From contig JALNYN010000002.1 of the NCBI GenBank assembly GCA_023229825.1, positions 17,789-81,788 on the forward strand: a stretch of DNA of 64,000 bases. Reading direction: 5' to 3'. This stretch comes from Minisyncoccota bacterium. Its GTDB lineage: Bacteria; Patescibacteriota; Minisyncoccia; Phycocordibacterales; CAIJYI01. The notes under the pieces are model-generated. The model was not told the origin of the DNA and made no database searches. It saw nothing but the letters and a program-made list of their open reading frames with translations. Both the position numbers and the translations under genes were made by a program. Numbering within the stretch: the first letter of the stretch is position 1; every line of letters starts with the position of its first letter. Positions 36,476 to 46,936 of this stretch are shown in pieces.

Positions 36476-37948
36476 TTAATCGGTAATCTTTAATCGGCCA
36501 CCGCCCGTTGGCGGGGTCCCGCTCGCGAGCGGGATAATCCTTTTTAGCGCACTGATGAGATACTTATTTCCCCTGAATATCTTATCAAGGGTGAGAATAT
36601 CTTTGGGGAGAATATGGACCTGGCCTTTCTTCATCCCAAGTTCTTCGGGGTGATCGCCGGAAAGAGCGTTGAAGGCATCGTTCATGCTGTCGAGTATAAA
36701 GTTTTTCTGTCTGGGATCGAGAGTTTGGAATTTCTGAATATCCTCAAGCTTTGTTTCCAGGATCTTCCTGATAACGTCGCCTTCTTTTACGGTATAGGGT
36801 TCGCTAAGTTTTTGAAGCGATTCTTCCGGGGTTACGGGCTTATGATCCAAAGGTGATTCTTTTGTTTGCGTTTCTGGTCTTTCCGTTTGAGCGGCAGGTA
36901 TCTTATCTTGAACATCTGATGGTTTGGGTTCGTTTGGCGCGATAACTTCCTCGTTATTGTTCGTTCGCGGAGAAAGCCGTTGTTTTAACCATGCGAACGG
37001 AAAGCCGAGAAATACTTTTGGCGATCCATCAGGTGTTTTATCGGGGGTCTTTGATTCCGGTTTTTCATCCATGCTCGATATTTTAGCCGTCTCTTTCTGT
37101 ATTTCTTGAGTAACGCGGTCTATTTTTTCCTTCACTTCCTCTATTTTTTGCGCATCAATTTTCGCTGCCTGAATATCGGAGGGTTTTTCTTTTGTTTCGC
37201 CGTCAGCGCTCTCTTTTTCGGCGGCTTTTACCGCCTCCGTATTTGTCTCTATTTTTTCCACAACTTTATCATCACCGATCTTCTTGTCCAGTTCAGAAAG
37301 CTCCGCCTGTAACCGCTTGAGTTTATCGGACGGTGCACTATGCATTTTTTCATTAAGCTTTTTTTCTTCAAAGATCGCCACGCGCAGATACACCCGCTGT
37401 TTTCTCCAATCTTTCAAGAGTTCAGGGTCAGGGAGATCGATATTTGAGATCTTTTTATCATCAACTTTTGTTTGATCCGGTTCTTCGTTCGGAGTTTTGT
37501 CTCGAAGATCTTTCAGTTTTTGGATCAAATTCTGCGCCGTATCGTTCGGGTCAATATCATGATCCTTTACGATCTTTGTAAGCGTGTTGGACCTGAGGGG
37601 AGGGATCCTATCATTATCTATATCGGTAAGAAGATGGTGTGCTTCATCCGTGATACCCGTTTCTGCCGATTTTTCGGGTTCTTTCCGGTAAAACTTCTTG
37701 AGTTCGCCCAGTATTTGCTCGATCGCCGCTAAGACGGCTTCATCTGTGTCGAGAGCGACTGCTTCTTCAACGGATCTTGTCGTTTTCTCTATCTGCTCTT
37801 TTGCTGAAAAATTATCGAAAAGAATATTTTCGATCTCTCCCATTTTTTTATTGATCGCGGACTCAAACTCTTCCGGTGTTTTCATTCCGAGATCTTTTTC
37901 CGTCGCGGATGTTTTATTGTCGGTCACTGGTTGTTGTTGGGTATCCAT
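36476..37948 (-). CDS. Hypothetical charged protein with possible LysM-like C-terminal domain
   Basis: 490-aa ORF; YTVKEGD..; 3' end overlaps palindromic and periodic repeats. Confidence 0.55.
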   Translation of the reverse strand: MDTQQQPVTDNKTSATEKDLGMKTPEEFESAINKKMGEIENILFDNFSAKEQIEKTTRSVEEAVALDTDEAVLAAIEQILGELKKFYRKEPEKSAETGITDEAHHLLTDIDNDRIPPLRSNTLTKIVKDHDIDPNDTAQNLIQKLKDLRDKTPNEEPDQTKVDDKKISNIDLPDPELLKDWRKQRVYLRVAIFEEKKLNEKMHSAPSDKLKRLQAELSELDKKIGDDKVVEKIETNTEAVKAAEKESADGETKEKPSDIQAAKIDAQKIEEVKEKIDRVTQEIQKETAKISSMDEKPESKTPDKTPDGSPKVFLGFPFAWLKQRLSPRTNNNEEVIAPNEPKPSDVQDKIPAAQTERPETQTKESPLDHKPVTPEESLQKLSEPYTVKEGDVIRKILETKLEDIQKFQTLDPRQKNFILDSMNDAFNALSGDHPEELGMKKGQVHILPKDILTLDKIFRGNKYLISALKRIIPLASGTPPTGGGRLKITD

Positions 37949-37984
37949 AGGATAATGAAAACTAATTATATTTTAGGATCTTTG

Positions 37985-38254
37985 TTAAAGACTTATTACT
38001 TTTACCGGACCATCTTCTCCATTATCGGCTTGTTCATTTTTACTATTCTCGGTCGAGTTCGCCGGCAGATCTTCGGTTTCAATTTCAGGGTTTTCGCTGA
38101 TAATCTCTATTCCATTTTCATGCAGAAGGTCTTTATGTAAAAAATCGATCTTTTCGTCTTTATTTTGCGGTTTTTTTTGCTCGGCAATAAGGTCGACCCC
38201 GAATTCGGAATAGGCGGGGTGTGATGATGGTTTTGTTATATCTTTGCTTGTCAT
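37985..38254 (-). CDS. Small acidic hypothetical protein
   Basis: 89-aa ORF closely packed between co-oriented ORFs. Confidence 0.45.
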   Translation of the reverse strand: MTSKDITKPSSHPAYSEFGVDLIAEQKKPQNKDEKIDFLHKDLLHENGIEIISENPEIETEDLPANSTENSKNEQADNGEDGPVKVISL

Positions 38255-38262
38255 GGTATGTT

Positions 38263-39570
38263 TTATGGCTGTTTGGTGTTTTCATTCACTCCCGCCCGGA
38301 TTATCGCGGGGTATATTCGTTTTATATAATCGAGAACCGACTCATAATCTTCCGGATCAGTGACGCTGCTGCTTCCAAGGGCGGTTTTTGCCTGCCATTT
38401 GAGCTTAATAATATAAGCCTGAAGGCGGTCTTTCCATAATTTATCGGGATCATTGATCGACACAACAGATAAAAGAAGCGTTTTTGCCGGCATTTTTTCC
38501 AGCGTCATCTTCGTCCTGTTTGAAGCATTTTCAAAGACTTCATGCATTTGTCCTTCAATGATCTTCGATTTCAGTATGTCGCCCATTTCATTTTCCTTCA
38601 GAGGTGCGACCGGATGAGGAAAAGGCGATCTTATCGGTTCATCGGGGATCGGATCGACAGGTACAGGCGTCTCCGTTTTTTTATTTTTTGACTCGTATCG
38701 AGGAAGGCGTATCCGTTCCGGCTTGATCAGGGTTGGATCTTGAACCGGAGGTTTTGGTATTTCTGCCGCAAGTACTTTTGGAGTATCGGGAATTGTTTGA
38801 GTCGAAATATCCGCATTGTTTTGATGGTCCGGTTTTTTGGGTACCGGAATGAACAGAGACGGGCTGATATCTTTCGGCTCTTCCGGGGGCGGTATCGAAA
38901 TATGTTCTGCCGGTTCAGACGGGATCTGACGGGGAAAGATCGGGGTTGTGGTCGGTTCCGGTTTTTTGGGCACCGGAAGCGTTTCGGTCTCCTCATGGGG
39001 CTTTTCAGGGATCGCGCTAATGGGGTGCTCCGGTATGGCGCTCTTCGTTTCTTGCTTTTGCTCACTAGATATTTCATCGTTGATCCGCGTTGGAAGGACG
39101 GCTTCCGCAGCACTTTCTTGTTTTTTGGGAATGGTGAGCTCGGTATCTTTTATTTCCAAAGGCGTTCTTCCGTCAGGGAATTCACCGAAGAATATCGCTC
39201 TGGTCCACATTTCGTTCTCTTGTTCTTCGTTGATCTTCGTTTTACTCTCATCGCTTTCAACTTTCAAGGCATAGCTGACAAAAGCGTTGGCATTTTCTTC
39301 GAAATGGGCTTTTACGTGATCGGGAAGAGTTTTTTTTCTGGGACGCGCTTCTCCCGGCACCTCCTGCATATCGCTGATAATGGAAACTTTACCATCCGAC
39401 AAATTTTTAATAAATTCATTGGGTTTAGGGGTCTCTGGCAATAAAGGGTGTTCATTGCCGGCGAGAAGATTATCTTCCCGCATATTATCGATCGAGATAA
39501 GGGGATTTGCCGCCGCAGGACGGATGACTTGGCTGTCGCTATTCGATGTTGATGTAAAAGGGTTTGTCAC
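38263..39570 (-). CDS. Pro-rich hypothetical protein
   Basis: 435-aa ORF with GTG start and long P/E-rich disordered middle. Confidence 0.6.
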   Translation of the reverse strand: MTNPFTSTSNSDSQVIRPAAANPLISIDNMREDNLLAGNEHPLLPETPKPNEFIKNLSDGKVSIISDMQEVPGEARPRKKTLPDHVKAHFEENANAFVSYALKVESDESKTKINEEQENEMWTRAIFFGEFPDGRTPLEIKDTELTIPKKQESAAEAVLPTRINDEISSEQKQETKSAIPEHPISAIPEKPHEETETLPVPKKPEPTTTPIFPRQIPSEPAEHISIPPPEEPKDISPSLFIPVPKKPDHQNNADISTQTIPDTPKVLAAEIPKPPVQDPTLIKPERIRLPRYESKNKKTETPVPVDPIPDEPIRSPFPHPVAPLKENEMGDILKSKIIEGQMHEVFENASNRTKMTLEKMPAKTLLLSVVSINDPDKLWKDRLQAYIIKLKWQAKTALGSSSVTDPEDYESVLDYIKRIYPAIIRAGVNENTKQP

Positions 39571-39951
39571 AGAGTTTAAAAGTTATGTTGGACGCCTCAT
39601 TTTCGGATGAGAGTTCCCTACATTATATATTTTACGCCTATGTTCCCGGGAACACAATTCATTTTATGTGTAAAACGTGCTCATCTTCAAATAAATGCTC
39701 ATCTAAAAAGTCAAGAAAGTTTTCCACAGAATGAATATCATTTGTTGACTCGACTCCCCGTGTTTTTTATACTGGTTTTATGGTGGTAATGGCAGAATTG
39801 CGGGTACTATGCGCTATTCGCAAATGGTTGTTTTGACTAATAAAATAGGCTTATTTTCCTAAAAAAAATTAATTCTGATCCTGTATTTACTGACACGGTA
39901 AACGGATTACATCATCGGAACAATAGCAACAGCAAAAAGTCCTTTTTCGGT

Positions 39952-40968
39952 ATGGGACTGTTTTTTGCCGTCTCCTTCGTTTGTATCTTCACCCTATTGG
40001 CGCCAGCTCATTATACGAGAGCTTGCTGGCTTTTTTGCGGGGAGACCGTGATAGCGGAAACAGGGGGAGCAGGACGAGAGATAAATTCCCAGAACATGCT
40101 TCTTGCAGAGGCAACGCGCAACCCGAATTTAAACCAGGAAAATGACGAGATCGGATCGATCGCCGCAATGGAAGGCTCCGCCCTGTCCGCCGTGCGTTCC
40201 GTTTCTTCCGCCAATAGCGATAAACCGATCAATTCGGGGGATCAGATCAGCGTTTATGTCGTCAAAGAAGGCGATACCCTTTCTCAGATCGCCAAAATGT
40301 TCGGTGTGAGCGAAAACACCATTCGTTTCGCGAATGATATATCCAGAGGCGGATCGATCAGACCCGGACAACAACTTGTCATCTTGCCGGTATCCGGAAT
40401 TCAATATACGATCAAAAAAGGCGACACTATTAGTAAGATCGCGAAGAATTATTCTGCTGATGCTCAAGAAATTCGAGATTTTAATGGGATAGATGACGCT
40501 TCTCTTGCGATCGGCGATACTATTATCATACCGAACGGTGTTGAGGCGCCAAAACCGGCCTCGGTGGTTACTTCGGTGAAAAAATTCATCAGCAATATCA
40601 TTTCTTCCGATTCCGGCGTGCAGACGAGCGGCTACTTCGTTCGTCCGGCAAAAGGCGGAAAAACACAAGGAATTCACGGACACAACGGAGTCGATTTCAG
40701 TGGAAGAGGCGGGCTATCCGTCGTCGCGGCCGCATCCGGAAAAGTGCTCATCAGCCTCAGTTCGGGATATAATGGAGGCTATGGTAAGTACGTCGTGATC
40801 GCGCACCCCAATGGAACGCAAACACTCTACGCGCATCTTTCGGCCAATTTCGTTTCCGCCGGAGAATCAGTAACCCAAGGACAGCTGATCGGAAATATCG
40901 GCAATACCGGATTATCGACCGGTCCCCATCTTCATTTTGAAGTTCGCGGAGCAAAAAATCCATTTTAA
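39952..40968 (+). CDS. LysM/M23 metallopeptidase
   Basis: Two LysM domains (YVVKEGDTLSQIA; YTIKKGDTISKIA); HNGVD, YAHL, STGPHLHFEV. Confidence 0.92.
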   Translation: MGLFFAVSFVCIFTLLAPAHYTRACWLFCGETVIAETGGAGREINSQNMLLAEATRNPNLNQENDEIGSIAAMEGSALSAVRSVSSANSDKPINSGDQISVYVVKEGDTLSQIAKMFGVSENTIRFANDISRGGSIRPGQQLVILPVSGIQYTIKKGDTISKIAKNYSADAQEIRDFNGIDDASLAIGDTIIIPNGVEAPKPASVVTSVKKFISNIISSDSGVQTSGYFVRPAKGGKTQGIHGHNGVDFSGRGGLSVVAAASGKVLISLSSGYNGGYGKYVVIAHPNGTQTLYAHLSANFVSAGESVTQGQLIGNIGNTGLSTGPHLHFEVRGAKNPF

Positions 40969-40983
40969 AAAATGAAAGTTTAT

Positions 40984-41018
40984 AAAAAAAGGCAAAACGA
41001 TTATCGTTTTGCCTTTTT
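40984..41018. terminator. Bidirectional intrinsic terminator
   Basis: aaaaaggcaaaacgat-t-atcgttttgccttttt between convergent genes. Confidence 0.7.
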
Positions 41019-41035
41019 ATGTTTATGCCCATATT

Positions 41036-41344
41036 TTAAAGCAAACCTTCTTTGTCTGCCAGCTTTTTGCGTTCCTTCATGTTTATTTTATTCTGGCGGT
41101 GAGAAAGCACCATAAAGATCATACTGCATGGCACGACGGGTAAAAGTTCAAGCGTGCCATTGATCGCCGACATCGAGGTTGTTTTTCTCATGTCATACCC
41201 CACCAGCCAAAACGACAGTTTCATAAGCGAAATATAAATAGTCCCCAGAATAGGAACAAGAATTCCTATCAAGTCGACAACAAATGCCACCATCATTCCT
41301 CCGGCAAAAGCCATTCCTGACATTTCTTTTGTGCCTTCGTTCAT
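41036..41344 (-). CDS. Small membrane protein
   Basis: Hydrophobic helices, ELLPVVP; TATAAT ends 6 nt before ATG 41344. Confidence 0.55.
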   Translation of the reverse strand: MNEGTKEMSGMAFAGGMMVAFVVDLIGILVPILGTIYISLMKLSFWLVGYDMRKTTSMSAINGTLELLPVVPCSMIFMVLSHRQNKINMKERKKLADKEGLL

Positions 41345-41476
41345 GTGATCATTATATACCAAAAGAAAGATGTCATGCTCTTTTAACTGGGGATATGTGC
41401 CTTCAATACATTGATAATAAGGTGAAAGTCTGTTATTATCGTTTCGGAGTGAAGGTGACTTTGAACGGGGGATGAT

Positions 41477-41860
41477 ATGGATGAATTATTGAAAGGCTTG
41501 GAAAAGATGTCTTCTTGGTGTGAATATGAGATCGGTATGGGAATTTTACTTGGTGTTGAACGAAGATCTTTGACCAAAAATGTTCTTTTTAGCGCGCAAA
41601 GAGCTTACCTTTTCGATGAAGACCAGAATAAGATAGGAGAGGTCGGTTATTGTGAAAATGAAAAACCGTTCGATCTGTTTCACTTCTCTACGTGGAGACG
41701 TTCTTGGGTGATAGACGATGAAACGCTCATAGACGCGATACAACGCCTCGAAAAAGAGAATAGGAAGATCAAATATGTCGTGAGATTCCACTGCGAAGGC
41801 ATCAACGCCCTCGAGCTTAGTGCGATCGGATTCTTTAGCGCTTGGGTCTACGAAATTTAA
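41477..41860 (+). CDS. Hypothetical protein
   Basis: 127-aa ORF with GGGGG RBS-like sequence and downstream hairpin. Confidence 0.45.
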   Translation: MDELLKGLEKMSSWCEYEIGMGILLGVERRSLTKNVLFSAQRAYLFDEDQNKIGEVGYCENEKPFDLFHFSTWRRSWVIDDETLIDAIQRLEKENRKIKYVVRFHCEGINALELSAIGFFSAWVYEI

Positions 41861-41969
41861 ACTTTTGTATAAATTCGGCTCCAACAAATGTTGGAGTCTT
41901 TTTTTGTGTTGACAGAAGAAAGATAAAGTGTAACGTGGAACATAGAGATAAGCAAAAAGGAGGTATAAA

Positions 41970-42869
41970 ATGCCTAAAATAGCGAATGATCGCAAAAAAA
42001 TATATATCTTGGGCGCATCCGGATATCTGGGAAGTTTATGCGCGGATCACATGAGATCGCATGGACATATCGTATTCACGGAGCGCGTTGAAATAACAAA
42101 TTTTTCAGCTTTAATAAGAGCTTTCAAGATATTTAACCCGACCGTTGTGATCAGTTGCGCGGGAGCAAAAGCCCATCCTACCGTTGATTGGTGCGAGGAT
42201 CACAAGGAAGAAACCGTACGGATCAATGTGGCCGGTCAAATACTCGCCGCGACCGCCGCGATAGAATGCGGGGCGTATCCGATACAGATCAGTTCCGGTT
42301 GCATATATCAAGGTACTCCGGGATATATTCACGCGGAAGACGACAAACCGGATTTCGACGGGAGTTATTATTCCCGAATGAGGATAGTCATGCAGGAAGC
42401 GCTCAAAGAATTGCCGGTTATGCAGGCGCGAATACGGATGCCATTATCATCTGTACCGCACGAACGCAATTTCTTGAATAAAATAATCGGCTATAAAAAG
42501 ATCGTTTCCGTTCCGAATTCGATTACCTATTTGGATGACTTGTGGCCGGCGCTTGAAATTCTCATGCAAAAAAAACCGACGGGAATATTTAATCTTACGA
42601 ACAACGGATATGTTACAAACGTACAGGTATTGGAAGCATATAAAGCGGTCGTTGATCCGCATCATACTTTTGAAGTCATTCCTTTGTCTGAATTTCAAGG
42701 GATGTATGTCAGTATCGTAAAAGCTAAAAGAAGCAATTGTGTTCTTTCCAACGCCAAATTGGCAAAACTCGGCATAGAAATGCCGGAATTGAACGATAAA
42801 CGTCTTAAGGAGATCATGCAAAAATATAAAATGGAGCTTGAGCGCAGGTCGTATTGGAAAAATAGATAA
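41970..42869 (+). CDS. NDP-4-keto-6-deoxyglucose 3,5-epimerase/4-reductase (RmlD/UER1-like extended SDR)
   Basis: ILGASGYLG, VDWCEDHKEETVRIN, SSGCIY, FDGSYYSR, RIRMP, PNSITYLDDL. Confidence 0.8.
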   Translation: MPKIANDRKKIYILGASGYLGSLCADHMRSHGHIVFTERVEITNFSALIRAFKIFNPTVVISCAGAKAHPTVDWCEDHKEETVRINVAGQILAATAAIECGAYPIQISSGCIYQGTPGYIHAEDDKPDFDGSYYSRMRIVMQEALKELPVMQARIRMPLSSVPHERNFLNKIIGYKKIVSVPNSITYLDDLWPALEILMQKKPTGIFNLTNNGYVTNVQVLEAYKAVVDPHHTFEVIPLSEFQGMYVSIVKAKRSNCVLSNAKLAKLGIEMPELNDKRLKEIMQKYKMELERRSYWKNR

Positions 42870-42915
42870 TATAAAACAAAACAGGCGAACAATTCGCCTG
42901 TTTTTTCTTGTTTAC

Positions 42916-42944
42916 GTCATTCCGGCCCGCGAGCCGGAATCCAC
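42916..42944. repeat. RPE4/REP-like palindrome
   Basis: gtcattccggcccgcgagccggaatccac. Confidence 0.6.
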
Positions 42945-43029
42945 GTCGCGAATCTAAGTCGATCGACAAAGGCGAAGGTATAAAACAAAACACCATTAAT
43001 TATGGTGTTTTGAGGATAAAAATTTCCTT

Positions 43030-44364
43030 TTATGCGACAGCAACAGCTTCGGCCTCCTTCGGTTCCTCGGGAATTTCCACGGCGATAAGCTGATCGCGTT
43101 TTTTCTTTTCACTTATTTCATGCGCTACAAATGAGAAAAGAGAATTCGGATCTTCCATCTGCTGTTTTGCGCTTTCCCAGTCAAAATTGCCTCGGACATA
43201 GCGTCTGGTATCTCGCTGTTCTCCTTGAGACAGGTCATTTTCCATTCCGATCTCCTCTCCGTAGTAGATGATCGGCGTCCCTTCGATAGAGAGAAGCATT
43301 TTAAACGCGTTCTCGATCGGTTTTCTTTCTCCGTTGAAGATCGTCGCCATGCGGGCTGCCAAGCATAATTCATCGCGGAATTTGAATTGCGCAAGGCGGC
43401 CGTCGCTTCCAAGAAGTTCCCCTCTCTCTTCGTCGGTAAGCTGGATCACAAGATCGTCATGATTTCTGAGAAAGATCGCCCAGTGGCAAGTATCAGGAAT
43501 GGGTAATTTGGTTGAAATATCCTCAACCGTCGTTTCGTTTCGTTTTGCGGCAAGGATCATCCTTGGCGCCATCGGAAATTTATAGGCGAGCTGGCATTCG
43601 TCTCCGTTGCCGAAATAATTCATGGTGGTATCGAGCGTATCGCAAACCACCTCGGCGAGAAGCGCAACCTCCGGATTTTTTTCGTTTAAATGAGCTCTCA
43701 ATTTCTTTAAAACTTCATGCGTCTCCGGAAGACTTTCGCATTTTGTTCCTTCTTTTTTGATCAAGAAAGAGATCGCATCCAAACGGAATGCGTCGACCCC
43801 GATGTCGATCCAGAAATCCATAACAGAATACATATCATCCACGACTTTCTGGTTATTCCAGTTCAGATCGGGCTGTTCCGCATAAAAGGTCGCATAATAG
43901 TAATCCTGGGTCGCTTCATTCCAGATCCAATTTTTTGGTTTTAAATGAGGAAAAGCGTTATTCCCGAGCTCGTACCCCTCCCCCTTTTCCGACCAAAGGA
44001 AATAATCCCGATAGGGGCTCTCTTTTGAGGAACTTGCGTCGACAAACCACGGATGCATGGAGGAAACATGATTCAAGATCATATCTGCCAAAACACGAAT
44101 ACCCCTTTTATGCGCTTCCTCAATGAACTTTTTAAAATCGTCGAGCGTTCCCAGCTCCGGTTTAACATTCTTATAATCGGAAATATCATATCCATCGTCC
44201 ACCATCGGAGAAGGATAATGCGGAAGCAGGTGCAGACACGTTACCCCGAGCTTCTCAAAATAGTCGAGCCGATCCGCGAGATTGCTAAAATTGCCCGCAA
44301 ATTTGTCGACATACAACTCATAAAAAACGGCATTTTGCCACCATTTGTTTTTATTTTTATTCAT
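43030..44364 (-). CDS. GH13 glycosidase, trehalose synthase/alpha-amylase-like
   Basis: WWQNAVFYE, YPSPMVDDGYDISDY, LNHVS, QPDLN, FRLDA, LLAE, FLRNHD, YYGEEIGM. Confidence 0.85.
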   Translation of the reverse strand: MNKNKNKWWQNAVFYELYVDKFAGNFSNLADRLDYFEKLGVTCLHLLPHYPSPMVDDGYDISDYKNVKPELGTLDDFKKFIEEAHKRGIRVLADMILNHVSSMHPWFVDASSSKESPYRDYFLWSEKGEGYELGNNAFPHLKPKNWIWNEATQDYYYATFYAEQPDLNWNNQKVVDDMYSVMDFWIDIGVDAFRLDAISFLIKKEGTKCESLPETHEVLKKLRAHLNEKNPEVALLAEVVCDTLDTTMNYFGNGDECQLAYKFPMAPRMILAAKRNETTVEDISTKLPIPDTCHWAIFLRNHDDLVIQLTDEERGELLGSDGRLAQFKFRDELCLAARMATIFNGERKPIENAFKMLLSIEGTPIIYYGEEIGMENDLSQGEQRDTRRYVRGNFDWESAKQQMEDPNSLFSFVAHEISEKKKRDQLIAVEIPEEPKEAEAVAVA

Positions 44365-44448
44365 ATCCCGCAGTATAACAAATTCTTATAATTTTGCACA
44401 CGAACCGCGGCGTGAATATCGTCCACGGAGATCTTTGAGGTATGTACT

Positions 44449-45783
44449 TCACACGCGATTGAAAAGCTTCTTAATTTCAGAAATGTTTGGAAGGTAAACT
44501 TTTTTCTTTCCTTTTTTAAACTCGATCAGTAATCCTCTTTCTTCCAACAACATCAGGTCCTTTCTCGCTGTTTCATAAGAAGTGGCATTTTTTATTTGAT
44601 AGGTTTTTACTTCAAGGGGGTATTCCGGATGACCTTCTGCATATTCAAGAACCGCCGCCTGTCTTTCATTAATGTCTTTGTATATTGCAGTAATTCGTTT
44701 ATTCATTTCCATTTCATGTGTTTTTTTCTTATAGTGCTCTTTGAGGTTTTCAATGGCTTTTTGAATAGTCGCCGTCGAGTGATAGAGGAAGTACGTTAAA
44801 TCACCGCCATCATATTCCGAGAAAAGAAAAGCGTTGTCATACGACACCCTTGAATTCTTAATCACGGACGAGATAGAAAGATACTCAAACAGCCAATAGC
44901 CGCGTTTTCTGAGGTACCAATAAAAAAGAGCGCGTGCAGTTCTTCCGTTTCCATCCGGAAAAGGGTGCAAATATGCCAACCAAAAATGTATGATAGTTGC
45001 TTTGATAACAGGGTGCACAAAAGATTCACCCTCGCCGTCTTCTTTGTTGGCGTATTTAACAAGATTTTTTATACCTTCTATCATTTCATCAGCTGATGGC
45101 GGGGTGAAAATAATTTCCCCCGTAAGTTTATCTAAAACAACTATCGGATCATTTTCCTCGCGAAATTTACCGCAATCATCAGTATTATCGAGAGTGTCTC
45201 GAGTGATTACTTCTTGAATTTCCAACAACATTTTTTCTGAAAGATCAAGATCTTTCAGTGTGTCAATTCGTTTCATCAAATGATAGTTATTCATTATCAT
45301 TTGCTCGCTTGTTGTCCTTGGTTTTCGCCCCGAATAGATCATTTCCTTTGCAATACGCCGCGTAGTGCTGGCACCTTCAAGTTGGCTTGACGCGATAGCT
45401 TCTTCAGATAGTCCGCTCACAATAAGTTGTTCTTTCTGAAGCCCGGCAGGCTTATCTGTTAGGGTTTGTATAAAACCCGCCGTATGTGTATCAATATGAC
45501 TCAGTCTTTCATAGAGAGTTTTTGTCATTGTGTACTCAAAAATTTCTCTTTTTGTCGAGACGATAGGGGTTTTTTCTCTTTGGTTTCGATAAAATATTTT
45601 TAAAGCAGCCCATGCTTCTTCAATACTTAGATCAAGAGGGGGCTTGTGGTACTTAAAATCCTCCCAATATAAATATTTTTCTTGAATCGTATTAGCAAAT
45701 TCACGAAACTCATCGGAGCTTATAACTTTTTGGATAAGGCTTGAACTTATGTAATCTTGCCAAGCTGGCGGTTGTTTAATCAT
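44449..45783 (-). CDS. Fic family protein with C-terminal HTH
   Basis: HPFPDGNGRTAR Fic motif; EEAIASSQLEGA inhibitory helix; SYETARKDL. Confidence 0.92.
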   Translation of the reverse strand: MIKQPPAWQDYISSSLIQKVISSDEFREFANTIQEKYLYWEDFKYHKPPLDLSIEEAWAALKIFYRNQREKTPIVSTKREIFEYTMTKTLYERLSHIDTHTAGFIQTLTDKPAGLQKEQLIVSGLSEEAIASSQLEGASTTRRIAKEMIYSGRKPRTTSEQMIMNNYHLMKRIDTLKDLDLSEKMLLEIQEVITRDTLDNTDDCGKFREENDPIVVLDKLTGEIIFTPPSADEMIEGIKNLVKYANKEDGEGESFVHPVIKATIIHFWLAYLHPFPDGNGRTARALFYWYLRKRGYWLFEYLSISSVIKNSRVSYDNAFLFSEYDGGDLTYFLYHSTATIQKAIENLKEHYKKKTHEMEMNKRITAIYKDINERQAAVLEYAEGHPEYPLEVKTYQIKNATSYETARKDLMLLEERGLLIEFKKGKKKVYLPNISEIKKLFNRV

Positions 45784-45804
45784 AGTATTTTTATGTATTA
45801 CTAG

Positions 45805-45837
45805 TTTATTACTAATTTATACTAAATTAGTAATAAA
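45805..45837. promoter_or_regulatory. Operator-like palindrome upstream of the fic gene
   Basis: tttattactaattt-atact-aaattagtaataaa, 14-bp perfect arms. Confidence 0.5.
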
Positions 45838-46013
45838 GTCAATACATAAGTAATAAAGCCATATTTTTGACTGTTTATTTCTCAATTACTACTTTAGTAA
45901 ATTATAGTAATATATGGTACTTGTGATTTTTTATCGCCAATTTCGACCAACTCCGTTAGTGTAGGTATTGCGATACAAAAAAAGAGGAAGTAATCGACGA
46001 ACTTACTCAACAA

Positions 46014-46591
46014 TTATGGTTTTATATATTGTCTACGAATGAGTAAAAATACCGCGAAACTGCCGTTTACCAATGCTAAAACTAAAGGAAAAAGCCAAGT
46101 GGTTAAGCTGTAAGACTGAAGAGCGACTATGCCGAGAAAAAACTTTACGGAATTCAATATCCACATGCTCACCGTTTCTTCGTGAGGTTTATGATAACCT
46201 TTGCGAAAAGTCGGGATAAACGCAACTATATCCACCAAGGAAATAATTATGACTGGCAGAAGCAAAGAATCGGTTGTTTTCCAGATCAGTATTCCAAAAA
46301 GCGCGCCGAGAAAACAAAACCGATCAAGCGGCCGTATATCTTGCTCTTTTTGAAATCCCGCCAAAAACGTTATTATCGCACAGTTCAACGCCGTGCTCCC
46401 GTTACCCAAGCACCAACACTGCCCCCGTCTTTTATCTGCGCGTAAAAACCAAAGCTTATAATGATCGTGATAATAAGCCAAGTAAAAACATGCGGTTTTG
46501 TTTTCCCGCGAAAAATGTCCCGATAGTAAGGAATGTACCCAATAATACCAAAAAACAGTGCAAAGTATCCGATAAGTAATTTATATTCCAT
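46014..46591 (-). pseudogene. Polytopic membrane protein split by a 1-nt frameshift near 46400
   Basis: Upstream frame MEYK...TKPHVFTW...GAWVTG joins downstream STALNCAII...IPTFRKGYHKPHEET if one G is added to a GGG run. Confidence 0.6.
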
Positions 46592-46622
46592 GTTTACGCT
46601 ATTGTGAAGTTCGAAATATTCA

Positions 46623-46931
46623 TTATTGTTGCTTCATAGCTTGTTTTACGATCGTCGCAACATGATCTTGTCGTGCTTCCGCTAAAACGGGTAACGCCGC
46701 AAGTACGGATGCGTTTTGGGTGGGAAGCAATATCACATTTCCGTTGTTAAAATCCGTCAGTTGCGTTAGAAATTCGTCTAACCATGACGGGGTAACGGTA
46801 AGGACATCACTAAAATCAATTTGAACCGTCTCGTTTGGATCAAGTTGAGGTCGAATAGCATTAAAAGCTTCCAGTCCTGCCGGACGAGAAACCAGAACGT
46901 TGCCAAATTTGTTGAGATGAATTGTTTGCAT
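46623..46931 (-). CDS. STAS-like (DUF4325-type) protein
   Basis: FGNVLVSRPAG.EA, IDFSDV..VTPSWLDEF; follows the HATPase gene. Confidence 0.72.
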   Translation of the reverse strand: MQTIHLNKFGNVLVSRPAGLEAFNAIRPQLDPNETVQIDFSDVLTVTPSWLDEFLTQLTDFNNGNVILLPTQNASVLAALPVLAEARQDHVATIVKQAMKQQ

Positions 46932-46936
46932 ATATT

